From assembly GCF_902713615.1 (NCBI RefSeq), contig NC_052149.1:127475256-127539255 (forward strand): a DNA stretch of 64,000 nt, written 5' to 3'. The notes beneath the pieces are model-generated. The model searched no databases. It worked only from the letters and a program-made list of their open reading frames with translations, and was not told where the DNA came from. Of the stretch, positions 23,054 to 36,193 are shown piece by piece; the first letter of the stretch is position 1; each line of letters opens with the position of its first letter. Both the position numbers and the translations under genes were made by a program. Source of the DNA: Scyliorhinus canicula (taxonomy: Eukaryota).

Positions 23054-24610
23054 GGGACTGAGCGAGAGGGACAGAGGGGGGACTGAGTGAGAGAGAGAGG
23101 GGACTGAGCGAGAGGGAGAGAGGGTGGACTGAGCGAGAGGGAGTGAGGGGGGACTGAGCGAGAGGGAGTGAGGGGGGACTGAGCGAGAGGGAGTGAGGGT
23201 GGACTGAGCGAGAAGGAGAGAGAGGGGACTGAGCGAGAGGGAGAGAGAGGGGACTGAGCGAGAGGGAGAGAGAGGGGACTGAGCGAGAGGGAGAGAGAGG
23301 GGACTGAGCGAGAGGGGGACTAAGCGAGAGGGAGAGAGAGAGTGGGGGACTGAGCGAGGGGGTACATGAACGAGAGGGAGAGGGGGGACCTGAGCGAGAG
23401 AGAGAGAGAGAGAGGGGGGGACTGAGTGAGAGGGAGAGAGGGGAGAACTGAGCGAGAGGGAGAGAGGGGGGACTGAGCGAGAGGGAGAGAGAGAGGGGGC
23501 GGAGCGAGAGAGAGAGAGAGGGAGTGAACGAGAGAGGGGGGCGACTGGAGCGAAAAGAGAGAAGGGAGAGGGGGCTGAGGCGAGGTAGAGGGGACTGAGC
23601 AAGAAGAGAGAGGGACGAGGCAAGAGACGGAGGGGGACTTGAGCGAGAGTGGATGGAGAGGGAGGGACGTGAAAACGAGAGGGAGAGAGGGGGGGGCTGA
23701 GCGAGAGGGAGAGGGAGGGGACGGACTGAGCAAGAGGGAGAGAGGGGGGACTGAGCAAGAGGGAGAGAGAGAGAGAGGTGGAGAGAGAGAGAGGGAGACT
23801 GAGCGAGGGGGGACTGAACGAGAGGGAAAGAGGGGGGACTGAGCGAGAGGGGGGACTGAGCGAGAGGGAGAGAGGGGGGACTGAGCGAGAGGGAGAGAGG
23901 GGGGACTGAGCGAGAGGGAGAGAGGGGGGACTGAGCGAGAGGGGGACTAAGCGAGAGGGAGAGAGAGAGGGGGGGACTGAGCGAGAGGGAAAGAGGGGGG
24001 ACTGAGCGAGAGGGAGAGAGGGGGGACTGAGCGAGAGGGAGAGAGGGGGGGACTGAGCGAGAGGGAGAGAGGGGGGACTGAGCGAGAGGGAGAGAGGGGG
24101 GACTGAGCGAGAGGGAGAGAGGGGGGACTGAGCGAGAGGGGGACTAAGCGAGAGGGAGAGAGAGAGAGAGAGAGGGGGGCTGGTCTGAGAGAGAGTGAGG
24201 GGGGGGATTGAGAGAGAGAGAGAGGGACTGAACGAGAGAGGGGGCACTGAGCGAAAGTGAGAGAGGGGGGGACTGAGCAAGAGAGAAGGGAGGGACTGAG
24301 CGAGATGGAGAGGGGGACTGAGCGAGAGAGAGAGAAGGAATTGAGCAAGAAAGAAGGGCTTCAGAGAGAGAGGGTACAAGAGAGAGAGGGTACAAGAGAG
24401 AGAGGGGGGCAGAGAGGGCGAGGGGGGGGCAGAGAGGGAGAGGGGGGGCAGAGAGGGAGAGGGGGGGCAGAGAGGGAGAGGGGGGGCAGAGAGGGAGGGG
24501 GGGGGGGCAGAGAGAAGAGAGAGAGAGTGTGTGAGAGAGGATGGGCTGAGAGAGGGGGTGGGGGGGGGGCTGGTCTGAGAGAGAGTGAGGGGGGGGATTG
24601 AGAGAGAGTG
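23019..24610. repeat. 1.6-kb polypurine satellite, 23-26-bp unit GACTGAGCGAGAGGGAGAGAGGGG(G)
   Basis: Direct reading. Nearly all G/A on the + strand. Confidence 0.95.
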
Positions 24611-24975
24611 AATGAGGAACATCCACAGCCAGTCCAGACAGGAAGACTAAACAACAAACACCATTTGCTGACAGGCCCTCATTGCTCAAGCTGCCTGTAG
24701 AATTGATCCATTCACTATTTTAACCAATGACATTAACAATCAACTACTGATTCCAAAGAAACTGACAAGGTATTGTTTCCAAAATGCAATAACATCTCTT
24801 GTTGTACAAACTAACAAATAGTAAGGTTGGATTAAATAATGAGGATGTATTTGAAGTGAAAGCTGAGCAGATCATCCTAAGCTGTCAGTCTTGAGGACGG
24901 TATGCGAGTGTTTGCTAAGAGTTGAGGTGGTAGTACTCAGGCTGCTGACCCCTCACCATCAGGGGAAGGAGGGGA

Positions 24976-25775
<800 letters not shown>

Positions 25776-25780
25776 CACAC

Positions 25781-26097
25781 ACATAGAACATACAGTGCAG
25801 AAGGAGGCCATTTGGCCCATCGAGTCTGCACCAACCCATTTAAGCTCTCACGTAACCCTATGCCCGTAACCCAATAACCCTCCTAACCTTTTTGGTCACT
25901 AAGGGCAATTTATCATGGCCAATCCACCTAACCTGTACATCTTTGGACTATGGGAGGAAACCGGTGCACCCGGAGGAAACCCACGCAGACACGGGGAGAA
26001 CGTGCAGACTCCGCACAGACAGTGACCCAGCGGGGAATCGAACCTGGGACCCTGGCACTGTGAAGCCACAGTGCTATCCACCTGTGCTACCGTGCTG
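25781..26097 (-). mobile_element. tRNA-derived SINE
   Basis: Family core, head and (TTCTATG) tail on the minus strand. Confidence 0.85.
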
Positions 26098-26206
26098 GCC
26101 CAAAACACAGAGCAGGAGACCTCCCTGTACACACACATCCAGCCGGAGACCACCCTTTATACATACACAGAGCAGGAGAAGACCCTGAACTCACACACAC
26201 AGCCTT

Positions 26207-26870
26207 ATCCTCCACCCCCCCGCCCCCCCTCTCCCTCCCCCTGGCGCCTCTCCCTCATCCGCCCCCACCGCTCCTCTCCCTCATCCTCCCCCTGGCCCCT
26301 CTCCCTCATCCTCCCCCACCGGCCCTTCTCCCTCCCTGACCTCTCCCCCTCATCCTCCACCCCAGCCTCTCTCCCTCATCCTACAACCCCCTCCCCCCCT
26401 GACCATCTCCCACATCCTTCCCCTACCCCTCATCCTCCCCACTACCCTTCTCCCTCATCCACCCCCCCCCCCCCCCACCCCCCCCCACCCCCCCAACCAC
26501 CACCACCACCACCACCCCGGGCCCCTTTCCCTCATCTCTCTCCCCAGGGCCCCTTTCCCTCGTCTCTCCCCCCGGTCCTCTGTCCCTCATCTCTCGCCCC
26601 AGGGCCCCTAGGCCCCTTTCCCTCATCTCTCCCCCCAGGCCCCTTTCCCTCATCTCATCCCCCGGGTCCCTCTCCCTCCCCTGCCTCTCCCTCATCCCTT
26701 CCCTTCTCCTTCATCCTTTCCCCTACCACTCTCCCACATCTCTCCTGCTGCCCTCTGCCTCATCCCTCACCCACCCCTCTGCCCCATCCCTCACCCACCC
26801 CTCTGCCTCATCTCTTCCCCTACCCCCGCTCCCTTCCTTGGGCACCCCCTTTCACTCCCTGTCCTCCAGG
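26207..26870. repeat. C-rich polypyrimidine low-complexity tract
   Basis: Units such as CCCTTTCCCTCATCTCTCCCCC. Confidence 0.85.
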
Positions 26871-26901
26871 TGCAGGTGGAGCCCCCATTTTGGGCAGGTA
26901 C

Positions 26902-27099
26902 CTGTATTTTACACTTGGCCTCCACCAGCTGCAGTTTAGTCTGTGCCAGCTCCAGCTCCATCTCCCTCAGCTGCTTCTTCAGAAGCTCCTTCTCCTCGTC
27001 CACATCCTGGTCTGAGAGATCCTGGCCTTGCTCTGGGAGCTGGAACTCTCCATCCTTCCTGAAGAGCTCACAGCACCGATCACAGGACATCACTTTACT
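26902..27099 (-). CDS. RABGAP1L: RABGAP1L-family exon (SKVMSCDRCC...LREMELELAQTKLQLVEAKCKIQ)
   Basis: AG acceptor and GT donor, 198 nt, phase 0/0. Confidence 0.93.
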
Positions 27100-27959
27100 C
27101 TGCAATTGAACAGAGAGATCACTCAGTAAAGACGCTGGCAAAGGGCTTTCATTAACCCAGCAGAAATATTTTCATACCACCCCTCTGCCAGGGGTACAGA
27201 TATCACCGTAAAATTATAGGCTGGCTGTTCAGGGGGTGACATCAGGAAACAATGTTCACAGAATTGTGGAAACATGGAACCCAAAGGGCTGCTGTGGCTA
27301 GGGGTCATTTCAAACCAAGCTCAATAAATTTCTCTAAGACAAGGGTAAAGTGTGTTATGGAAGCAAGGCAGGTCAATGAAGTGAAGAGACAGATCAGCCA
27401 TGATCACATAAAAATGGCGGCATAGGTTCAAGGGGCTGAATGGTCTCTTTACTCCTTCATGGGATATGGGTGTCACTGGGTTGCCAAAATTTATTGCCCA
27501 TCCCTAATTGCCCTTGAACTGAGTGACTGGCTAGGCCGCTGCAATAGTGGAGAAAAGACTGAGTTAAAGCCCGAGAGTCAGAATGTGCGCAGCATTTGTA
27601 ACACAATAAATGAATTGTTAGCATAGATAGAAATAAATATGTGTAACCGGAGAGCCATCACAAAGACATGGCTGCAGGGTGGCCAGAGCTGGGACCTAAA
27701 TATTAGGGTCATTAGTCTGTGAAATCCGCTTCCCCAGAAAGTTGGATTGTTGAGTTTATTCACGGCGGAGTTAGACTGATTTTTGACAGACAAGGGGAGT
27801 CGAGGGTTATTAGGGGTAGGCAGGAAAATGGAATTGAGACCCCAACTAGATCAGCCATGGTTGTAGTGAAAGGCAGAGTAGGCTTGAAGGGCCAAAGGGC
27901 CCAATCCTGCTCCTCAGTCCTATGTTTCTACTGCAGGGAAAATTTAAAGAGTCATCCAC

Positions 27960-28133
27960 GGGCAGGATTCTCCAGCCTCCCAGCCGCGTTTCGCAGCAGT
28001 GGGAGGCTGCGTGCCTTTCGCTGGCGTCAGAATTCTCCCCTCCCTCTGCTGTCAATAGGAGTCCCCTACCGGGAAACCCGTGGGCCGTAGCAGAGAATCC
28101 TGCTGCCATCGAACGGCCGGAGAATTCTGGCCC
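27960..28133. mobile_element. Short MITE-like element
   Basis: Terminal inverted repeats GGGCAGGATTCTCC / GGAGAATTCTGGCCC. Confidence 0.65.
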
Positions 28134-28920
28134 CCATTGTTGTAAGTTTAGACTCATGTCAGTTAGCCCAGGAAAGGATTGTAGATTCAGCCCATCAAGT
28201 CTGCACCGAATCTCTGAAAAAGCACCTACCCGATTCCCGTAGCCTCACCTAACCTGCACATCATTTAACACCAAGGGGAAATTTAGCATGGCCAATCCAC
28301 CTAACCTACACATCTTTCGACGTTTTACAATTGATGATAATTTCATGGTGACTATTACCAGATTTTATGAATTGAATTAAAGTTCTACCAGCTGCCATGT
28401 GGGAGGGGGGTTTGGGGGATTGTCTATTCTCTAAAAGGACACTGCTTGGTTCTGTAGTTTCTGAGAACCAATCCTCTATTTGCAGCAAGTGTTCACACAT
28501 TTGGATCCCTATACGGGGTTGGAGTGTCTCCTTCATCCCGATCTATCTGACGCCCGAGTCTGTGATCTGACATCATTAATACATCAGCATCAGAAATGTT
28601 AATGCTTTACTCTACATCTCTCGCTTCCCCCAATCATACTTCCATCCTCCTGCAATTATAGTCAGACAGGCGCTGCCTGAAAAGGTGTTTGAAATAGATT
28701 CAATACAGTTGCCAGAATGGAAGTGTATATATAATTGAAAAGGAAGGACCAAATATCTTTCACAAAGCAGGCAACAGGGTCTGTGTTGTTTGATTTTATT
28801 TTAAAATATCATTAATAGATGTGGGCTTCACTGGTTAGGCCAGCATTTTTATTGTCCATTCCCTAACTGCCCTTGAGAAGGTGGTGCTGAGCCACCTTCT
28901 TGAACAGCTGCAGTCCCCGT

Positions 28921-29865
28921 GACATAAGAACATAAGAGTAGGCCATCTGACCCCTCGAGCCTGCTCCACCATTCAATGAGATCATGGCTGATCTTTTGTG
29001 GACTCAACTCCACTTTCTGGCCCGAACACCATAACCCTTAATCCCTTTATTCATCAAAAAACTATCTATCTTTATCTTAAAAACATTTAATGAAGGAGCC
29101 TCAACTGCTCCACTGGGCAAGGAATTCCATAGATTCACAACCCTTTGGTGAAGGTTCCTCCTAAACTCAGTTCTAAATCAACTTCCCCTTATTTTGAGGC
29201 TATGCCCCCTAGTTCTGCTTTCACCCACCAGTGGAAACAGCCTGCCCGCATCTATCCTATCTATTCCCTTCATAATTTTATATGTTTCTATAAGATCCCC
29301 CCGCATCCTTCTAAATTCCAAAGAGTACAGTCCCAGTCTACTCAACCTCTCCTCGTAATCCAACCCCTTCAGCTCTGGGATTAACCTGGTGAATCTCCTC
29401 TGCACACCCTCCAGTGCTAGTACGTCCTTTCTCAAGTAAGGAGACCAAAACTGAACACAATACTCCAGGTGTGGCCTCACTAACACCTTATACAATTGCT
29501 AGTCTTAAACTCCATCCCTCTAGCAATGAAGGACAAAACTCCATTCGCCTTCTCAATCACCTTTTGCACCTGTAAATCAACTTTTTGCGACTCATGCACT
29601 AGCACACCCAGGTCTCTCTGCACAACAGCATGTTTTAATATTTTATCATTTGAATAATAATCCCTTTTTGCTGTTATTCCTACCAAAATGGATAACCTCA
29701 TATTTGTCAACATTGTATTCCATCTGCCAGACCCTAGTCCATTCACTTAACCTATCCAAATCCCTCTGCAGACTTCCGGTATCCTCTGTGGTTTTTGCTT
29801 TACCACTCATCTTAGTGTCGTCTGCAAACTTAGACACATTGCACTTGGTCCCCAACTCCAAATCA
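28921..29865 (-). mobile_element. 5'-truncated CR1 LINE
   Basis: ORF 29178-29495: YKVLVRPHLEYCVQFWSPYLRKD...RRMRGDLIETYK. CTTATGT tail at 28921. Confidence 0.9.
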
Positions 29866-31034
29866 TATGTGCTGTTCGGGAGTGCCAGGACTTTGAGCCA
29901 GGCACAGCGATATATTTCCAAGACAGGAGGCTGCGTGGCTTGGAAGGGAATTTGAAAGTGGTGGTGTTCCCATGTGTGTGCTGCCCTTGTCCTTCGAGGT
30001 GGTAGAGGTTGCAGGTTTGGAAGGTGCTGTCGAAGGAGCCTTGGTGAGCTGATGAATTTCTGACCACATGTTCTGCCAATTTCTCCCCCTGTAACATCAC
30101 TCTGTTCCAGCTCAACCTCAGCTGACCCCCTCATTGGTACTGTTGTTACCTCTGGACTCGACTATTCCAACATGTTCCTGGCCAGCCTCTCACGTTGTAT
30201 GTATTGTTTTTTTAAAATAAATTGAGAGTACCCAATTCATTTTTTCCAATTCCAATGGGTCACGGACAGTGACCCAGAGCCGGGATCGAACCTGGGACCT
30301 CGGCGCTGTGAGGCAGCAGTGCTAACCCACTGCGCCACCATGCTGCCCTATGTTGTACCTATTGTAATGGTCTACACCACATTAGACTAATTGCTGAGTT
30401 TTCAGTGAATCTTACTCACGGGTCATCAGTCACCACTGCATTACCTGGGTAAGGGTTTAATGTGACTTAGTAAGAGGTCGTAGAGAGGTGAGGACTAGAA
30501 AGGAGACGAGAGATAGTCACTGGCCAGCAATGCTCACAGCCCAAGAATAAATAAATAAATAAGTAAAAGCTGTTGCTGAACACGGCCTGTTCAATATATC
30601 ATTGCTGATTTGTATCTGAATTCCATCCAGCTGTCTTGGCTCTATATTGCATGAGGTCCGTACAGTCTTAGAACCATAAGCACAGAAAAGGCCCTTCAGC
30701 CCATCGCATCTGCGCCGCGCAAAAACAACCACCTAACCATTCTAATCCCATTTTACAGCACTTGGCCCATAGCCTTGTGTGCCCTGGGATCGCAGTGTGC
30801 AGCTAAATATTTCTTAAATAGAAGTATTTAGATCTCTGCCACCACCACCCTTTCAGGCAGTGAGTTCCACATTCCCACCATCCGGTGGACATGCACACTG
30901 ATTCTCGGTGCTTCCCAGGGTCCTGCCATTTATCATGTATTCCCTTGCCTTGTTTGTCCTGCCCAAGTGCATCACCTCACACTTATCCGGATTGAATTCC
31001 ATTTGCCACTGATCGGCCCATTTTGTTTTTGTTG

Positions 31035-31262
31035 TTTTTTAAAAAAGAAATTTAGAGAACCCAATTATTTTTTTCCAATTAAGGGACAATTTAGTGTGGC
31101 CACTCCACCTAACCTGCACAGCTTTGGGTTGTGGGGGTGAAACCCACGTTGACACTGGGAGAATGTGCAAACTCCACACAGATAGTAACCCAGGGCCGGG
31201 ATCGAACCCAGGTCCTCAGTGTCGTAGACAAGAGTGTTTAACCACTGCGCCACCGTGCCACC
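31035..31262 (-). mobile_element. tRNA-derived SINE within CR1 remnants
   Basis: Family core and head on the minus strand. A partial copy also lies at 30210-30347. Confidence 0.8.
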
Positions 31263-32220
31263 CATTTGATCAGATCATCTGACCAGCCAGTCTATATCCT
31301 CCTGTAATCAAGGCTATCCTCCTCACTATCACCCACCAATTTTCATATCATATGCACAATTACAGATCAACCCTCCTACATTCATATCTAAATTATTTAT
31401 ATAACACAAACAGCAAATATCCCAACACTGATCCATGTGGGAACCCGCAGGACACTGGCTTCCAGTCAGGAAAACACCCCTCGACCATTGCCCTCTGCTT
31501 CCTGCCACGCAGCCAACTTTGGATCCAATTTGTGAAATTCTCTCTACTTTCCCTCTTGTTCGGTACTCCCCCGCCAGAGGGAATCATTTCTCTCTCAAAC
31601 CTATCACATCCATTGACCATTTTAAACACCTCAGTCAGCTTTTCTCTCAATCTAGTGAATGTGAGTATATATAACCTGAATCTAGGCAACCTGTGCACGT
31701 AATGTAACCCTCTAAACCCCAGAATCATTCTGCTGACTTTACCCTGCTCAAAGCCAGACACAAATGCTTCTTGCGGTATGGTGCCCAGACCCGAAGAAGG
31801 CTTAAATTTAAATAACGCCTTCCACTATCTCAGATCCCAAGGCATTTTAAAACAGTCGATGAAGTGCTTTAGAAGGATAGTCACTGTTGGCACATAGACA
31901 GCCAATCTCAGCACAGCAGGATCCCATAAACAGCAATGTGATGTCCGTTGGCGGAGGGATAATTGAGAATACCAGGGAGAACAAACTTTGCTCTCCTTGA
32001 CATGGGATCTTTTACACGCCCCTGAGCAGGGTAGAGGAGGCCTTAGTTAATGCAACATCCCAAAGGCAGCACCGCCAACAGTGCAGCACTCCCTCGGGAC
32101 CGCGCTGGAGTGATAGACACCATTCTTGTGCTCAGTCTCTGGAGGAGGAGTTTTATAAAGCTTCCGCTTGTTTCTATTCCAGCGCCCAAGGTACAGGCTG
32201 ATATTCCATTAGCTTTTAAA

Positions 32221-32960
32221 GAATAAAAACAGAAAATGCTGGACAGCATCTGTGGAGGGAGAAAGAGTTAAAGTTTCAAGTTAATGGCCTTTCATCAGAA
32301 TGGGGTCTGTCAGAGTTTCTCGAAAAGCCCAAAGCTGTATATCCTACAGCATAGGGTGCGGTTCGGAGGAGGTTATCAAGGTACTGGCACACTGAATTCT
32401 GAGCTTGGTTCATCTAGAACATAGAACATAGAACAGTACAGCACAGAACAGGCCCTTCGGCCCTCAATGTTGTGCCGAGCCATGATCACCCTACTCAAAC
32501 CCACGTATCCACCCTATACCCGTAACCCAACAACCCCCCCCCTTTACCTTACTTTTTTTTTTAGGACACTACGGGCAATTTAGCATAGCCAATCCACCTA
32601 ACCCGCACATCTTTGGACTGTGGGAGGAAACCGGAGCACCCGGAGGAAACCCACGCACACAGGGGGAGGACGTGCAGACTCCACACAGACAGTGACCCAG
32701 CCGGGAATCGAACCTGGGACCCTGGAGCTGTGAAGCATTTATGCTAACCACCATGCTACCCTGCTGCTAGAGAGGGCTCAATCCCACAACTCACAATGAG
32801 GGTGTTGCTTGGAGTGAAGATCGCCTGGGGATGAGGTGACTTGAAGATGGCACTGTTTCAAGTGGAAGATAGAGAGTTCCAAAGACTCAAAACGTTAGCC
32901 CGATTTCTCTCTCCACAGATACGACCAGACTGGCTGAGTTTATCTAGCATTTTCTTTTAC
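32221..32960. mobile_element. Pair of oppositely oriented Penelope-like terminal fragments (about 32221-32300 and 32870-32960)
   Basis: AGAAAATGCTGGA...CAGCATCTGTGGAGGGAGAAAGAGTTAAAGTTTC at 32231 and its degenerate reverse complement at about 32885-32957. Confidence 0.55.
32414..32766 (-). mobile_element. Young SINE subfamily copy
   Basis: Nearly identical to copies at 38092, 51647 and 53624. (TTCTATG)n tail. Confidence 0.9.
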
Positions 32961-33682
32961 AATAGCAAGACTGACTCGAGTTCCAAGCAGATGTTCTATC
33001 AGAGCTCTGGGCCTGTACTCATTGGGTCTTAGAAGAATGAGAGGTGACCTTATTGAGACGTCTAGGATTCTCAGAGGCCTTGACTGAGTAGATGCTGAGA
33101 GGTTGGTTCTTCTTGTGAGAGAGTCTAGGACCAGAGGGCATAATCTCAGAGTAAACAGTCGCACAATTAAGAATCTCTTCTCTCAGAGGGTAATGAAATC
33201 TTTATGCCTCAGCTAATAAAGGTAAGTATACCATATGTCTTCTTAACCACTGTATCCACCTGCTCCGATGCGGTGTACATGCACACCAAGGTCCCTCTGA
33301 TCCATAGTTCTTCCCATGGTCCTGCAGTTTACCATGTATTCCCCTGCTTTGTTTGTCATGCCCAAGTGCATCACCTCACACTTATCCGGATTGGGCTAAA
33401 GGCAGGAATTCTTTACCATGGAGGGTTGTAGAGGCTGGGTTGTTAAGTATGTTCAAGGCTGAGATAGACAGATTTTTAATAAGCAAGGGAATCAAGGGTA
33501 ATGGAGATAAGGTGGGAAAGTGGAGTTGAGGATAGTCACGATCTCATTGAATGGTGCAGCAGATCCGATGGGCCGAATGGTCTACTTATGCTCCGACATC
33601 TTATAGTACTACTCTGCATGGTCGATTTAACTGGTTAAACTCCAGTGATTCTGTCCTGATGTCACTGGGTATTTGGATGTTT

Positions 33683-34005
33683 ACTAATACTGCGTGGGTT
33701 TCCTCTGGGTGCTCCGGTTTCCTCCCACAGTCCAACGACGTGCAGGTTAGGTGGATTGGCCATGATAAATTGTCCTTTGACCAAAAAAGGTTAGGAGGGG
33801 TTATTGGGTTACGGGGATAGGGTGGAAGTGAGGGCTTCAATGGGTCGGTGCAGACTCGATTGGCCAAATGGCCTCCTTCGGCACTGTATGTTCAGGGGCT
33901 GGTTTAGCACAGGGCTAAATAGCTGGCTTTTAAAGCAGACCAAGGCAGGCCAGTTGAAGCCTACTTGTGACAATAAGCAATTTTCATTTCATTTCATTTT
34001 TCATT
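33683..34005 (+). mobile_element. 5'-truncated SINE followed by an internally deleted short SINE of a second family
   Basis: Core GCGTGGGTTTCCTC..., then AGGGGCTGGTTTAGCACAGGGCTAAATAGC...GCCTACTTGTGACAATAAGC. Confidence 0.75.
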
Positions 34006-34870
34006 TCATTTCTATGTTCTATGTAATACACTTAAGAGGTCACACAATGTACCACAGACCTTACAATATGAAGCAACACAAAGACAAATGCAGGAGTGGG
34101 CCATTTAGATGCTTTTTAAAAAAAATAATTCACAGCAAGTTAACTTCGCTGGCTATGCCAGCATTTAGAAACATAGGAGCAGGAGTAGGCCATTCAGCCC
34201 CTCGAGCCTGTTCCGCCATTCAATGAGATTGTGGCTGCTCTGTGACCTAACTCCACAGACCTGCCTTTGCCCCATAACCCTTAATATCTTTTTAAACACC
34301 TCAGTCAGCTTTCCCCTCAATCTAGTGAATGTGAGTATATATAACCTGAATCTAGGCAACCTGTGCATGTAATGTAACCCTCCAAACTGCCCACCCCAGT
34401 TGCCTTCAGAAGGTGGTGAACCGCACCAGTCCCTGGGTGTAGCGGCACCCACAATGCTGTTAGGGAAGGAGTTCCTGGATTTTGACCCAGCGACAGTGAA
34501 GGAACGGTCAATATATTTCCAAGTCAGGGTGGTGAGTGACTTGTGAGGGGAACCTCCAGGTGGTGGTGTTCCCAGGCATCTGCTGCTCTTGTCCTTCTCA
34601 ATGGTAGTGGTTGTGGGTTTAGAAGGTGCTGTCAAAGGAACCTTAGTGAGTTGCTGCAGTGCATCTTGTAGATGGTACACATGGCTGCCACTGTGTGTCG
34701 GTGGTGGAATGAGTGAATGTTTGTGGATGCGGAGCCAACCAGGCGTCTGCTTTGTCCTGGATGGTGTTGAGCTTCTCAGTGCTGTTAGAGCTGCACTCAT
34801 GCAGGCCAGTGGGGAATATTCCATCACATTCCTGACTTGTACTGCTCACTAATAGCCAGCTGATTCCTAC

Positions 34871-34942
34871 CTTCACGATCTCCAGTTCCTCCTTACTTGC
34901 CGCCTGCTGCTTCTCCAACCGTGTACTCAACTGTGAACAAAT
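34871..34942 (-). CDS. RABGAP1L: RABGAP1L-family exon (ICSQLSTRLEKQQAASKEELEIVK)
   Basis: CCAG acceptor after a (TC)n tract, GTAGGA donor, 72 nt, phase 0/0. Confidence 0.93.
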
Positions 34943-35007
34943 CTGGACAGAGGAGAGAGAGAGAGAGTCACTGCTGTTCCTGTTAGTCAACATGCTAAAT
35001 GAGTATA

Positions 35008-35348
35008 TCATAGAATTTACAGAGCAGAAGGAGGTCATTCGGCCCATCAAGTCTGCACTGGCTCTTGGAAAGGCCACCCTACCCAAGCCCACACCACCCT
35101 ATCCCCACAAACCAGTAACCCCACTCTACCAACACCAAGGGAAATTTTGGACACCAAGGGCAATTTAGCATGGCCAATCCATCTGACCTGCACATCTTTG
35201 GACTGTGGGAGGAAACCGGAGCACCCGGAGGAACATACGCACACACGGGGAGAACGTGCAGACTCCGCACAGACAGTGACCCAGCCGGGAATCGAACCTG
35301 GGACCTTGGAGCTGTGAAGCAATTGTGCTAACCACTAAGCTACCGTGC
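35008..35348 (-). mobile_element. tRNA-derived SINE
   Basis: Family core and head. Confidence 0.85.
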
Positions 35349-35672
35349 TACACAGGAGAGGAGTGCGTGGGAGAGCGGGGGTCCTCAGGCCCATTGCGAA
35401 ATCTGAACCACAATACTTATTACCCCACACAATCCACTCCGATGGTCACCGGCTGGAAGGTGGGGCTATTTGTAACAACACCATTTGGAGGAGGGTGGGG
35501 CCCTCTGGACCGGGGAGACACTGTATGGTCAAGAATCCTCCAGACCGGGGACACCGGGGACCAAAAAAGGTTAGGAGGGGTTATTGGGCTACGGGTACAG
35601 GGTGGAAGTGAGGGCTTCAGTGGGTCGGTGCAGACTCGATGGGTGAAATGGCCTCCTTCTGCTCTGTATGTT

Positions 35673-35863
35673 CAGGGGCTGGTTTAGCACAGGGCTAAAT
35701 AGCTGGCTTTTAAAGCAGACCAAGGCAAGCCAGCAGCGCGGTTCAATTCCTGTACCAACCTCCCTGAACAGGTGCCGGAATGTGACGACTAGGGGCTTTT
35801 CACAGTAACTTCATTTGAAGCCTACTTGTGACAATAAGCAATTTCATTTCATTTTTCATTTCA
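35673..35863 (+). mobile_element. Short tRNA-derived SINE (second family)
   Basis: Full-length version of the element seen on the minus strand at 47587-47783 and 58143-58321. (CATTT)n tail. Confidence 0.8.
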
Positions 35864-36193
35864 TTTCTATGTTCTATGTAATACACTTAAGAGGTCACAC
35901 AATGTACCACAGACCTTACAATATGAAGGAACACAAAGACAAATGCAGGAGAGAGACCCTTCAGACTTGTGCAACACTGCCTGGGGGAGGGGAGACCTTC
36001 CGGACCGGGAGGAAGGTTCCACCACTTGTGATCCAGCTTTTTATGTTGGAATAAACCGGAGAGCTGGGCCCAACAAACTGCAGAGTTTTGAGCTGGTTTG
36101 GAATTGTCAGACCATTGAAACAGGCAAAAAAATACAGACAAGTCCCAGACATGCTCGGAGCCTCAAACACCCACTCAATAAACTGACACTTTT

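Noticed and set aside
22907-24622. 571-aa ORF on the minus strand
   Set aside because: S/L/P low-complexity translation of the polypurine satellite; it lies in the predicted 3' UTR.
26071-27015. 314-aa proline-rich ORF on the + strand
   Set aside because: Translation of the C-rich tract, antisense to a real RABGAP1L exon.
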